In this document: piece by piece, positions 28,201 through 41,500 of the stretch
How the letters are laid out: each line of letters begins with the position of its first letter
Position numbering within the stretch: the stretch's first letter is position 1
DNA from: Antedon mediterranea
Taxonomy: Eukaryota; Animalia; Echinodermata
Length of the DNA: 64,000 nt
Direction of reading: 5' to 3'
NCBI RefSeq assembly: GCF_964355755.1
Contig: NC_092673.1
Location: 21,263,648 to 21,327,647, forward strand
Position numbers and translations under genes: made by a program
Notes under the pieces: model-generated
Databases searched by the model: none
Seen by the model: the letters and a program-made list of their open reading frames with translations, nothing else
What the model was told of the DNA's origin: nothing

Positions 28201-29076
28201 TAAATTACTAAAAATTATATCAATAAATTATAGTTATTTGTTTTATTACAGTTTATTTCAGTTAGAAAAAGTTCATATAATTATATTCAACATATCAAAT
28301 GATGAATGTTCTGTTTGTATATATATAATATATATCTTATTATTGTAAAAACATTTCTTGTATTAAAAATATTTAGAATGATGGCCAAAAACATCAAAAC
28401 AAGTATAGAAACAGTTGAATACTGTTATGTTAAGTAGGACCTGCCCACACAGACGTATGGATAGGATTTTAGCTTTAGAAAACAAACCCCCGTATATCGC
28501 CATGATTCGGTCGATGCTCTTAGCGCTAAGAAAGGGTTAGAAAATGAAAAGAAATCAATTATTAAAGGATGCAGCGTGTGATAGGAGAAGAAGACAGTTA
28601 GCAAAGATACCTCTAATATAATAATTTTCTACCAAAAATAAGCTTCAGTTGCAATTATTGCAGCTTTTAAAAAATGTATTCGTATGCTTATTTGACAAGG
28701 CGATTGCCATTGTCTAAGTCCTTTCTACCGAGTCACCGGCATGGCGCTCATGTAGCTTCCTACGTATAGTAGGATGCCTAGATAATTCTAGGTATATAGT
28801 CAAAAATACAAGCCTAATTGAAAGGCTTCATAGTCCGCTGGTATATATCAATATACCGAATATTGTTTAGACCATTCAATTAAGAAGGCTAAGCATAGTC
28901 CAACACAAGTGGAATTCCATTACAAATGTATTCACTTGGAAACAAATAGCAAAAAGACATAATTTCATTTCGATAATAATTGACACGATAACACTGTAAA
29001 GCAGTATATTTCCAAATATTACACACAATAAAAACAGCTGTTTCGATTTCTTGTAGGCTATATAATATCCCAGTAT

Positions 29077-30324
<1,248 letters not shown>

Positions 30325-31093
30325 TTAGAAATGTACATACTCTTAGCAGACGGGGAACCCTGTTGTCTCATGTATTCCATTTTGTTCTCTATATAGTTAA
30401 CATGTGGGCGAATCAATGTAACGCATCCGATAAAGTCTGAACACTATAATGACAATTGAACTTGGACAGCGTTGTTAAGAATAGTATTAAGCTTGCGTGG
30501 GCAGTGAAGCATCCCCGCCTATCGGCATCTGAATTATTATTATGTACAATTGGAACAGAATTTTGGAAGTATCAATTAATCAAGTCAACTGAATGGATTG
30601 GTTGTAAGTCACTTTGAATTGAATTATTTAAACCGTGGTTTTTGGGGGTACCCATTCACGTAGAAACGACGTGGCAAAATTAGGAATAAATTTGTGAAAT
30701 TCTAAATATCGCCCTCTATTGGTACAAATTTTATGAAACGCATTCTGGTCAATACGGAAGTACAGACGTTGAGTAGAAACTAACTCGCTCAGCTAGTGGT
30801 TGAAAAGCGAATCGGTGCTTAAAACCTATTAAATTCATGGATTATATCGAGTTGGAATTTATAGTTCAGGTATGTTATAGAGATAAATAGTATCCAAGCA
30901 ATACATTTAAAGTAAGCAAGGAAATAATTTCTCATTATTACTCGAATAATCTTGCTATTGAAAGACTCATACAGCTACTACTAGTCTAGCTCAGCTAGGC
31001 TTAATCGCTACTGCCCGTAACTTAGTATCGACTGGCTTATAGCTTACGCACAAGTCACATCAGCTAGAATCCTGTGCATGATCGTGGGGTATA

Positions 31094-31103
31094 CCAATAT
31101 AGG
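31094..31103. promoter_or_regulatory. Intronic CArG box in egr
   Basis: CCAATATAGG fits CC(A/T)6GG. Confidence 0.55.
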
Positions 31104-31191
31104 ACATCATGCAGTAGTACAATTATATTATGTTCCTAGTCTATCCCAAAATAAATCCATAAAAAAAATAATAATGTAAAAATGTACTTAC

Positions 31192-31423
31192 AAGTCAGTG
31201 AATGCAAGTCGACCGAGTCTTGTGGAAATAAGTCCGACGCTTGGGCCATAGAGGTAGCTAGTGTATTTATGTCCTCGGCTGTTATTGTTAAAAACTTTGG
31301 AACCGGTAGATATTCTCCTTGGTTCTGTTGCACCGACAGGTAATAGTCAACTGATGATAACTGTCCGAAAGCTTCACTATCTTTCCTCATTGCTTCTATT
31401 GTGGTTGTATCTCTCCAAGTCAT
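31192..31423 (-). CDS. egr: egr exon 1 (first in-frame ATG; downstream ATGs such as 31390 are also possible starts)
   Basis: The open frame ends at the donor T|GTAAGT, phase 1, matching exon 2 (T+CG = Ser). The joined CDS is 1401 nt, 466 aa. Two exons is the usual EGR gene structure. Confidence 0.85.
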
Positions 31424-31574
31424 ACGTGGGTAGTTTAGAAGAAGGTGGGCAGGCTTTCGTCCTCCAAAATTAATTATTTCGTAGAAAATAAACACATAAG
31501 TCTAGATTTGTAAGTAGTTTTTCTGTTTGCTACGATTGTTTCCGATCTTACTAACCCGAGCTCTACCGAATACC

Positions 31575-31698
31575 GACTGGTCTTTTTCGGCTCTCGTCGA
31601 TATTTTTATTAAAAGTATTTTACGTTCGTTCTTTCATTGACAAATAGAATGTCCTTATTTGGCAAATCGTGACGTCAATCAAATTTGCATTGACGTCA
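31575..31698 (-). promoter_or_regulatory. egr proximal promoter: Inr, TATA-like element, CArG, two CREs and an octamer
   Basis: On the minus strand, TAATAAAA (~31611-31604) lies ~33 nt upstream of CCAGTC (31580-31575). Other sites are CArG CCTTATTTGG 31653-62, TGACGTCA at 31670-77 and 31691-98, and ATTTGCAT at 31683-90. Confidence 0.85.
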
Positions 31699-32022
31699 AT
31701 GGCTTTAGACGAATCACAAAGAAAATACTACGACGAGACCATTTTGACTATAGGTGAATATAAATTGTTGTTGCTACAGCACACTTATTTAAATATTTAA
31801 AACGTAATATTTAAATGAAAAGTATTTATGAATGTTTGTTTATTTCATTTATTTTACAGTTTTGAAATGTTAAAAAATGTCTCCAAATAAAATATTAATA
31901 GTTTTTAGTGTGCCGTACACGTTTAGACTAGCTATACTTCAGGTAATGTAATCTTCCCCATTTAGAAGTACAGTAGCAGGCACGTCCGGAATTTTATCCA
32001 ATCAGAAGGCTGAATGATAATA

Positions 32023-32318
32023 ACTTCCGACAAACATCACATACATTAAACTACGTCATTGTCTGGCACGCCTAGTGTGTAAACAAGGCTGTCGGTAATC
32101 CGAGAGTACGAACGTGCTTACGTTTACGGAAATCACCATATTTGGGCAAAACTTGGCTTGAGATTTGCCCGAAGTCTACTCGGCTGTACTCGGTTGTAAA
32201 ATCCAACATCCTCAAGTTAGCATAAACGAATTGAAGGACAATTAAATTAGCATAAATGGGAGGTGTAAAGCTACCGGTTGTAATTTACATTTAAGAATAA
32301 ATTAGTTGAATACTTCCG
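32023..32318. promoter_or_regulatory. egr upstream serum-response element: ETS + CArG
   Basis: CGGAAAT (32127-33) lies next to CCATATTTGG (32136-45). Further ETS cores ACTTCCG are at 32023-29 and 32312-18. Confidence 0.7.
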
Positions 32319-33434
32319 ACGGGTTTGTGTTTAAAATTACCCTGTATACAAACTTCTTTCAAGACCTTTACCATTTACTATAAAATAGGAGGTTTGTTTT
32401 GAAATCGTACCAGGACTTTATAAATTGTAATAGATAGATAAAAACTTTATTGATATACAAATTGATGTTGAACAATTCAACAAATTAAGAAAATATATAC
32501 AACATTACGAATTATATAAGTTATAAACAAGAAAAACAATTACAAAATCTAAGTATCAATTTTATTATAAATCTTAATGTAAGCCTATGCATATGATATC
32601 AGTATAACTTCAGTATAAAAATTAAATTGTTCGATTAAAGTAATATATTTGTTTTTATTTAAATTCTTATTTGAAATGTACGATAGTCAGTCAGGTGCGT
32701 TATACCAATGTCTTGTAATGTACCGTAACCAGTCCTTTAGAGGAGGCATTTTTCTGACACCGCATTACATACACTGAGGTAATGGAAGTAAATTCGCGAT
32801 TGAAAGCAGGCAGGGAAATCCCCTTTTTGGTAACTTTCCGTACTGATTTTAAATAGTTGCTCTCCTATCCATAGAGGTCGTTAAGGATCGTACAGGCGCT
32901 CCTTAAAAATGTTGAACTGCTTTACTTATACCATGGAGAAATTTACCAACGCTTATTAATTTTATACTGTACGCTTTGATTATATATAGATCTTAACTCA
33001 AAGAGGTTTATAATTAACCTGAGTGGGTACAGATTCAGCCAAAATTCATAATTGTAGCGTATAATCTCTATGCCGTATTTATGAATAAACAAAAGGGCGT
33101 ATGTAAACATTTAAACTTTTTTTATTTTTAGCTCCCGTGCGACCTTTTTATTTGGAAATCAAAATAGGAGATAAACCACTATCAACATAATGTTTGCTTT
33201 GGCGCTAAGTACACACGACAAACAGCATTCCAGGCCTTTCAGTTGTTGAGCAACACAAAAGATACCCACAGGCAAGAGAACTTTTTTTAACTTAAAGTAT
33301 TATACACATGTACTACCTACATTATTAGTATTACCATGTTCTTTTTGTGTAGTATGTATTAGCCTTTGAGCAAACCGACATTAATACGATACTATAATAT
33401 AGTGATTATCAGACGATCCCACAGGCATGGTCTA

Positions 33435-33875
33435 CGTATAAAGTGCACTTGTTTTGTACGACGGTCGCGGTATTATAACTTTTATACAGGAGGAGGTACG
33501 CCAAGTATTGTACGTCGGTCGCGATAATATAACTTGTATACAGGAGGTAGGCCTACGTCAAGTATAAAGTTCCTGTTTTGTACGACAGTCGGGGTATATA
33601 ACTTGTATACACTAGGAGGGAGTAGACTTGACCCAAGTCTGTATAGTTATTTCGATGTTTGTCTGAACCTGAAATCGGGCCTGAAATAAGATAAAGTAGT
33701 ATACGTATGAAACGCCATATGTGCCAAAATATTTATCTTTTAACTAATATTAAGTAAAAACTCCGTCTGGAACCCAGACTAGAGGAGGGAGGTACAAATA
33801 TTATAAAGTGCGCTTTTTCTTTTTTTCGCGGTAATATAACTTGTATACAGGAGGTACGCCAAGTATATAAAGTTC
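33435..33875. repeat. Degenerate ~55-70-bp tandem repeat (4 units) split by a transposon
   Basis: GGTCGCGGTAATATAACTTGTATACAGGAGG-type units occur at about 33456, 33510, 33580 and 33826. Confidence 0.75.
33623..33781. mobile_element. Short non-autonomous element with TAG...CTA ends (AcademH-like)
   Basis: It is flanked by TAGGAGGGAG and GAGGAGGGAG (9/10 identical). The internal AAGTAGTATACG..TGAAACGC..TATGTGCCAAAATATTTATCTTTT is also present at about 4455-4502. Confidence 0.5.
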
Positions 33876-35725
33876 ACCATCCAGGAGGGGCTAGGGTATT
33901 ATGAAGGTTGGACGGCCATGGCACAGTAGTAAGAACATACAATAGAAGGAGACACGCCAGAAGGTTCACCCCGGGTGGGAAGTTTCTAGCATACCCGTTT
34001 CGAAACAAATGACCCTTTCCCTAAATATGAGAGTTTTCCATCAGTGACATAGGCCTATAGCGGAAATAATAACCAATATAAAAAGCTGCTACTGTATGAA
34101 TAACAGGTAGTATAATTTTACAAAAATAACAATCGTTACACAAACTGTATCGAATAAATTGTGTATTTGTAGTATTATCATTCATTGTACGTTGTACAGT
34201 AAGTAGTATGACTAACATTATTATACCCCTAAATCTACCCTAGAGCAATTCCCCATGGTAGAATATATCCATAATATTATATTCGTGTCCGTGGCGCCCC
34301 GTACCCTCCCTGTGGCTCAACTGCTAAAAGAGCTTGAGGATAAAAAGAAATATATTTTATTAGGTTTTGTTACACCACCAGCGATGATTTGTTGCTTATT
34401 GTACTGGTAATGTCCTGTGAAACTATGTTGTAGACCAGTGCATGCATATATTGACGTACTGGAGATGGACATTGTGTGTAAAGGAATCATCTAGTCATAA
34501 ACTTCGGTTACCTGTATACCCCGTTCTAAGTGTGCAAGTATCCCTGTATTATTCAGTGATGGCGCAAAATCATTTCTCGGTACATGTCATTGATGCCTTT
34601 TTTTAAATCGACTTGTACATTATTTAACGAGATTGGCCCTTCAAGTACTAGATACGTAATAATGTTGTAAATTTACATGATGGAAATTAAATGTATTCAC
34701 CAATGTCGTCATCGAGAGAATGTATTTGTTCGTCCGCGTATTCGAAGAAATACTATAAAGATTGAGAGTTGAATCTATTTTTAGCATTAACTCAATTAAT
34801 ATTCATTGATAGCTTTCGTCACATAGCCTTTCGCGCCCATCATACTTTGATTAATAACGATATCAATATAGTGCAGTTAGTGTTCTATACAATAACGTTA
34901 AGCCGCTACAGGCTTGCGCTCATCTACACCAGGTAACTGATGACGAAAATGACGGCAATATACATTAATTCCGACCAGTAGTTGTAGATGCTAATAATAG
35001 CAACGATGGCTCTGTAATCAGCTGCGTTGTATTTAACATAATAAGATACTCGTAGTCGTTGATATTCTAATTTTAAAACAGCATATCCAAGCTGAGAGCA
35101 GTGAATTGATTAGCAAACGCAGTGTTCACGTCATCGGTTCATGTAGCCTGTGTAAGGAGCATCGTCAGACGTACTCGCTTGATGTCATTCCAGCTAAATA
35201 GCTGAAAGCAAACCAAGCTATGTACACGAATAGAAAACGATTTAATCATTTGCATTGAAAACATTATTTGTAATATTTCGCCGTTGTTGCAATCCAAATG
35301 CTGTTTATAGTGGCTTGTGTTTTTTTATACTGTGGAGTCATTCGTAGGAAATTACCAGAGCTTCCTCAAGTAGAGCTTTGGCTGGTTAGACGCACGATGC
35401 ATTTCCTTTACGCGTATAAACCCTCCAATCATTATGACCTGTATTATATCGAAATAAGTCTTGTATCGAATTAACTTTTGTATACTAAAACTGTAAGCAT
35501 ACAGTATTTAGGCTAGTTGAACATTATTAAGTAAACTTGATAAGTGTTATTATTATTATAAATATATATTATATCGTATATAGAAATTGCTTTAGTTTGT
35601 ATACGTGAAAACGCATCGGTTGTCGAAAACCTGATTGAAACTCATTCCAGACAAAATAGAGTAAATCTTACAGGACCATATAGGAACATTCTGTGATACA
35701 ATGTCACATGTGCCACAATCTATTA

Positions 35726-35860
35726 AGCTCTGTCTACACTATCAAACTAGTTTGACAAAAAAGTGTGATGTGCCCAAATATGGTAGTAATATGCCCAAAT
35801 ATGGTGGTGATGTGCTCAAATATGGTAGTGATATGCTTAAATATGAGTGATATGACATCA
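35726..35860. mobile_element. Family A CArG-array MITE, copy 2 (one end truncated)
   Basis: It starts TTA|AGCTCTGTCTACACTATCAAACTAGTTTGAC. CCAAATATGG occurs at 35774-83 and 35795-804. Confidence 0.85.
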
Positions 35861-37222
35861 AAAAATAAAATTGCAGAAATGTAGAAACATTTTACATTTA
35901 TTGTTATATTTATTCAATAATGTTTATTATATTGTTGCTCCATTGTAGGCCTACTAATCAGATGTTTCAAACCGTGCATTAGGATGTCCTGAAAAGAGAT
36001 GATTGAAACATTCGTTTCAATTTAAAATTTGACGAACATAAAAAACGCAAACAAATTAAAAACATATACCAGCTAAAATACGTTGGTACTACATCATAGC
36101 ATGTAACGTGCTCGGGTACCCCATCCATACTCCTACTTTTTTATAATTTAGACTTTAAAAAACAATCCTCATTAAAATTAACTTTAGGCCCTAACACACA
36201 AAGTTTTATTCAATTCAATTTAATTATTTTATTCCGTCAAGCACTCTGGCTTGAAAATTGTCTTGCTTGAAAATTGTCTTGCTTGAAAATTGTCTTGCTT
36301 GTCACGTATATAAAACATTAACAGTATGATAAAATACAAACAGTACGATAAAATACAAACAGTACGACACCAAGAGGTATAATACAAAAACAACAAATAC
36401 AACAATTACATAAAAAGGTTAAAACATGGCAGTAGTAAAAAATATCATAAAATGTAGAAAACAGTTATTCAATTATTTTAGTAATAATGTTCATTATCCT
36501 AGTACTAGTTCTGTTTTAGTACCCATTTGTGTTCTAAATAACATTTAATAATTGTCAACACAATGTTATTGCCTTTATGGATTTACAACTGAATGTTCCC
36601 GTATTTATTTATAACACCTGAACGAGGAGGAGGAGAATGGGTTGTTGTAAATGTTTGTGGTAGTTAGGAAAAACAAGGTTTAAAAAACAAATAATACATG
36701 TCGTTGTTTAGAATGTTTATTTCCCGACAAACTATAACCTGAACAGTCTTACCTTTTGGCCTACCCGATCTCCATGTTTGTGTGTATATAACTCACAATT
36801 TTTACCAATGGATTTAGCGTTCGAGATTTGACTGGCCTGTGAAACAGGATGTTCCGGTTCTACCATATTCAGTGAGATACTTCAGTATTTTGTGGTTTCG
36901 GTTTTGTGTACGTCAATGTTTATTATCATCCGTTTGCATCATTTAGACGATGATGATGGTGGTGGTTTTCAAACGATACGGCCATGGCACGCCTATCTAG
37001 TAAGTATCACAGTGGTGGAGGGTTTTGAAAGGAGGAAGGTGGATGCGGGCTCAAAAATAGTAAAAATGTAGTACAGTAGGTCTGAAATTAGATTATCTTT
37101 GTTGAGCCACCTATTCATAGATTCTCTGTAAATGTATCTCCACATTATGCGCATTATCTGTCCAGTTTTAGGGCTAAGGTTAAGCTTATAGCCCATGGTA
37201 GGCCTGATAGGCCTACTGTTAC

Positions 37223-37432
37223 GAGTCAAATGGGCGAGCGGTTAAGGCAGGGGCTCCATTTATGTTTACCGTCCGTATGGCAAAGGTTCGAGGCCGACTC
37301 GCTTCTAGTTCTGGTGGTGGAACAAGTCTTCTCGGACAAGGACTATAGACTATAAACCGTTAGGTTCATGTGTATACCCATGTATAACTCGTGGTCACTT
37401 TAAAGAACCTAGACGAGTTAGGGGATTATACC
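37223..37432 (+). mobile_element. tRNA-derived SINE with Deu/Nin-like domain, copy 2
   Basis: A-box-like TGGGCGAGCGG (37231) and B-box GGTTCGAGGCC (37285) are followed by CTTCTCGGACAAGGACTATA..AAACCGT...TAAAGAACCTAG. Confidence 0.7.
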
Positions 37433-38534
37433 TTTTTAGCTTATTTCCATTCATTTAGATTTAGGCCTAGGCTACACTGATGAAAAACTGGTAGATCCAT
37501 ACCGTGTGCATAAAATTGTTTCTTATAAGCATTTAAGTAATACTTGAGGCCTATTAGCATACGTATACCACCAATTTTCGTATTCACAATCATAATAGTA
37601 TTTTTAGTTTATTTTTATAGAAAATATATTTTCGTTCCATTAAATTATTGAATCGAACCAGATATTTGCTGATAAACTTAGAAAGCTATTCCCAACCATT
37701 CGTGTTATTTTACTACATTATAAAAATACAAATTATTGGTCCATTACACAAAATGTTACATTACGATATTGTGCTCAATAATATCGTGTGTTATTCTGGC
37801 GGTAATGGCTTGTAATCTATTGCTAACATTATTCCCACTGTGATACGTAATAAATCTAACCAGTATTGCTAAAAATAGAACAATGCATTGACGGTGATGA
37901 CGTAGATCTGCTTATGAATAATTAATATTGATCATGACACAAGAGTATTGCAATTGAACGTATAAATTGATGTCATATTCTCGCGTCGTGTTTCTATTTG
38001 AATGCCCTTGTTCTGTTTCTGCAGTTGATATAAATCCATTTTTAACTACCATCGAAAAAGAAGAAGAAAAAATATATAAATGTTAATATAGTGGAATTCT
38101 TAATTAACACTAAGAGTCGGTATTTGTGAGTTAATGTATACATTTTTCTATACGATGTCTTCTTAATTTTGTTCTTTTTTGTGTAATTATTATCTTATTC
38201 ATTTGCTTTGGATGTTGTAAGTATTATGATATCCCGAAATAAAAATGTGAACGAATGAATAGTTGATAGCCTACGGTCACGTCGGTCTATAGCGCATGAT
38301 ATCTTTTCTTTGGTCTGTTTACTATCATTATATGGAGCTTCTTGCACTGATACTTAATCAATGTTGATGCTATAGCCTATACAAATGGTCCTTAAGTACA
38401 ACGCCTGGTCCATGCTGGAGGAAAAATTGCATTGTTTTCGTTCATTCCTCCTAATACATCCTGTCAAGTTCAAATATCTTATTCTGTTAAATCGCCCATC
38501 CTGTCCATTTTATGACGTTTACCAAAATATCCTG

Positions 38535-38752
38535 TTGACCGTAAGGCACCTGGCTGCTCCAGGTACTGGTTGACCGTAAGATATACATCCAGGTCCTGGT
38601 TGACCGTAAGGTACCTGATTGCTCCAGGTCCTGGATGACCGTAAGGCACCTGGTTGCAAAGGTCCTGGTTGACCGTAGGGTATACCTCCAGATCCTGGTT
38701 GACCGTACGGTATACCTTCTGGTCCTGGTTGACCATAAGGTACCTGGTTCAT
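38535..38752 (-). repeat. 30/35-bp tandem repeat translating as PYGQPGP (possible coding relic)
   Basis: About 7 units of CCTTACGGTCAACCAGGACC on the minus strand. Confidence 0.85.
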
Positions 38753-39332
38753 AATATTTTCGTTCGGTTTTGATCTCGGTTTCCTGTTGGATCTCTGTCC
38801 AGTGACGTTAATTTATCTCATGACGTCATCAATGTGTAAAATACTGAACATACCGATTTATTTTTAATCAAAATCATAAATTATGTATTATTACTAAATA
38901 CATGGAGAAGTAAGTTATATTTCTCCATGCTAAATACGATGTAATTTGTATATTGTTTAAATTACTGTACAACGTTAGAAACAATCGGAACATTTCTATT
39001 GTCCTGTTGGAAAATGGCCTATTGTATAAATCAATTACGTTTGTGTGTGATGTGAGTTTTGACCCAGTGACCTTGTTCAAATTAAATGTAGGTCTACTAG
39101 TGGTTTTCCTCTCAGTAGTCAAGGTTACTAATATAACTCTGCCAAAAGCCTCGAATTCTCGGAAACACGTTCACATGCTTTCCAGCTCGTGTCGTCACAA
39201 CATGACCCGGTAATGTGACGAAACGAGGTAACCTGAGGAATAGAATCATATTGTTTACATTCAAATTGTGCACCTCTGCCCCTCTGACTTCAGCTACGTT
39301 TACACTTCATCACTTGTTGTAATACAGTGGAT

Positions 39333-41500
39333 ATGAATTCTATAAAGTTATTACTTAGGCCTTGGCAAATAGATATTATGATGATGTCAATTGGTAATTC
39401 AAGCAAGGAGTTATTTAATTGTTTGAGCACACCGAATTCACGATTACTGACAAAAGACGAACTCTCAGCTCATGAACATTTTAATCTGAATCATATGCAC
39501 AAACCAGAGAGATGTAAATTTTATATATTTTACATCTCCCTGCACAAACATACAAACAAAAATTTACAGTGTTTACAAAAAAGTAGTACTGATATATGTC
39601 TATAAGATAAGTCTGTTGTCACATGATCACAATACGCACCATTGCGGACACAATCTTAAACAATTTAATAAACGCAACATCAAGCAAAACAGTAGTTAGG
39701 TTCAAACAGCAGTATAACAACAATATTATAATATAAATACGATAATTCGAATTGTTAATAATTTACAATTGGAGACCGAGAAAACAACATCACCGTTAGT
39801 GCGTTATTAAAATATGTGACGTCATTCCCGATTAATTAATTCTCAAAGAGCGAGCGTCACACAGCGCGTTGACAATAGCTACTTCTACGTTTGACATCGA
39901 TTCAAGGATCAATTATCGAGTAAGCCATATCATAGATCTAACTATACGTTGGTCTGGTAAATAAAAGCAAGTCATTGCACGTATCCGAGAATACATTGCT
40001 TATTTACTCAACATGACATGAATGATCAATTCTAGTTGTTTCACAGATGGTTCTGTTCACATAGTAATTACGTCATAGTATAGTCTGTTTTTAATTCATA
40101 ACAAAATGCGATCAGTGCATGCTACTGTATTTCATGATAATACTTGCTTACTAATAATGTAGTGGAGTTGTATATTGGTGGTTAACGTGCTTGTCTTCCA
40201 ATCCCAAGATCCGTGGTTCAATCCTGACCTACTGTAGTTTTTTTAACTCACGACTCTTTCAACTCCACTCCCTAATCCTCAAATGACACTTAGGGAGTAT
40301 AAAATAGTGTATCCATCCTGTAATCGGCGAATTTGTACTCGCTGTTGGATGCGTATGAAATAAATACACGTGCGGGATATTTCGATCGATGATATTGTTA
40401 TGATACTTCCCCTACCCGTAGTATGCATATTAAAGCAATACAAATATGTTAATTTGACAATAAAATCATTTTTTGAAAACCTAGCTCCACACACAGCCAC
40501 GTTTGATTCAATCATTATTTTTAAATAGTTTTTACTAACTTTGTGGTTGATAGGGCCTAGTTGTGGTTTGAGCTCATCACATATCGTGGTCCTGATCTAG
40601 TATGTAGGCCTACTTTTTATCAAATAAATATTACCATAAGTTACGACGTTCACACATAATAGAGAGAATTATAGCTTATACATCGGTAATTTTTTACCAA
40701 ACAATGTTTGTACACCGTACATATTATACAAAACAACGACTCTAATGCAGGAACTTTTTGTTCTTTCAGATGAACAACAAGAAGTATGTGTGTATTACTA
40801 ACATATGCCTACCAAGGGAAGAGTGAAATTACACCTGGCCTACCTAAACATGGATTTTTAAGATGACACGTGAAACAGTGCAATGAAATATCAAACCGTT
40901 TTGCCAGCCTAATCCAGCAAGCTAACATAACTTTCAACCAATGACGAGTAGGCAACAGGTAGGCTATAACGGTATAATTCAGTAAAATAACATAAATGCT
41001 TGCACTTAATAACAGGCTGGTGTACAAGACCCAGTTCTGGTCACGGTTCTGGTTCCGTTTTATGTTACAGCAGTAATGTGGGTGTGGGTTAGGGGATGTG
41101 TATCAGGTTAACCTACCAGCACTCAGACGCAGTGCTTCGTTCAGCTGCAATAGGGAGTATCACACTTACAACTAGGAATGTTTTTGGTGATTGTGACATT
41201 ATATATTTTTCTTTCTTCCAGCATCAGGAATGGAATTCACGTTATTTTGGTATAGCATGCAGAGATACCGTACACGTAGACGTACCTAATCGGAAAAGAA
41301 GGCGTCTGAATGGTTCTATACTTTTCAACGATGTTTTTTTACCGAGTCAAGAAAAAATAAATCATCATAAATGTTATGGTGGAATTGAGTTGAGAGATGG
41401 TGTCAAATATCGTATTATGAGACACGTTCGGCGTTCCATATTCGATCCACTGACGCGTACTAACTTTTGGCGTTCTTACAAATCAAATATATACTTATAA
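39333..41500 (+). CDS. Hypothetical spliced orphan gene (exons 39333-39513, 40770-40783, 41222-41500; 157 aa)
   Basis: Three segments bounded by AG/GT sites join in frame. No recognisable domain, so this is speculative. Confidence 0.3.

Noticed and set aside
36753-36992. Possible upstream minus-strand exon (AG...AAG|GTAAGA)
   Set aside because: It has early stops in all three frames and nothing links it to egr, whose promoter is at about 31.6 kb.
40160-40230. tRNA-like A/B boxes (TGGTGGTTAACG...GGTTCAATCC)
   Set aside because: No complete cloverleaf is visible. It is most likely a decayed SINE head.
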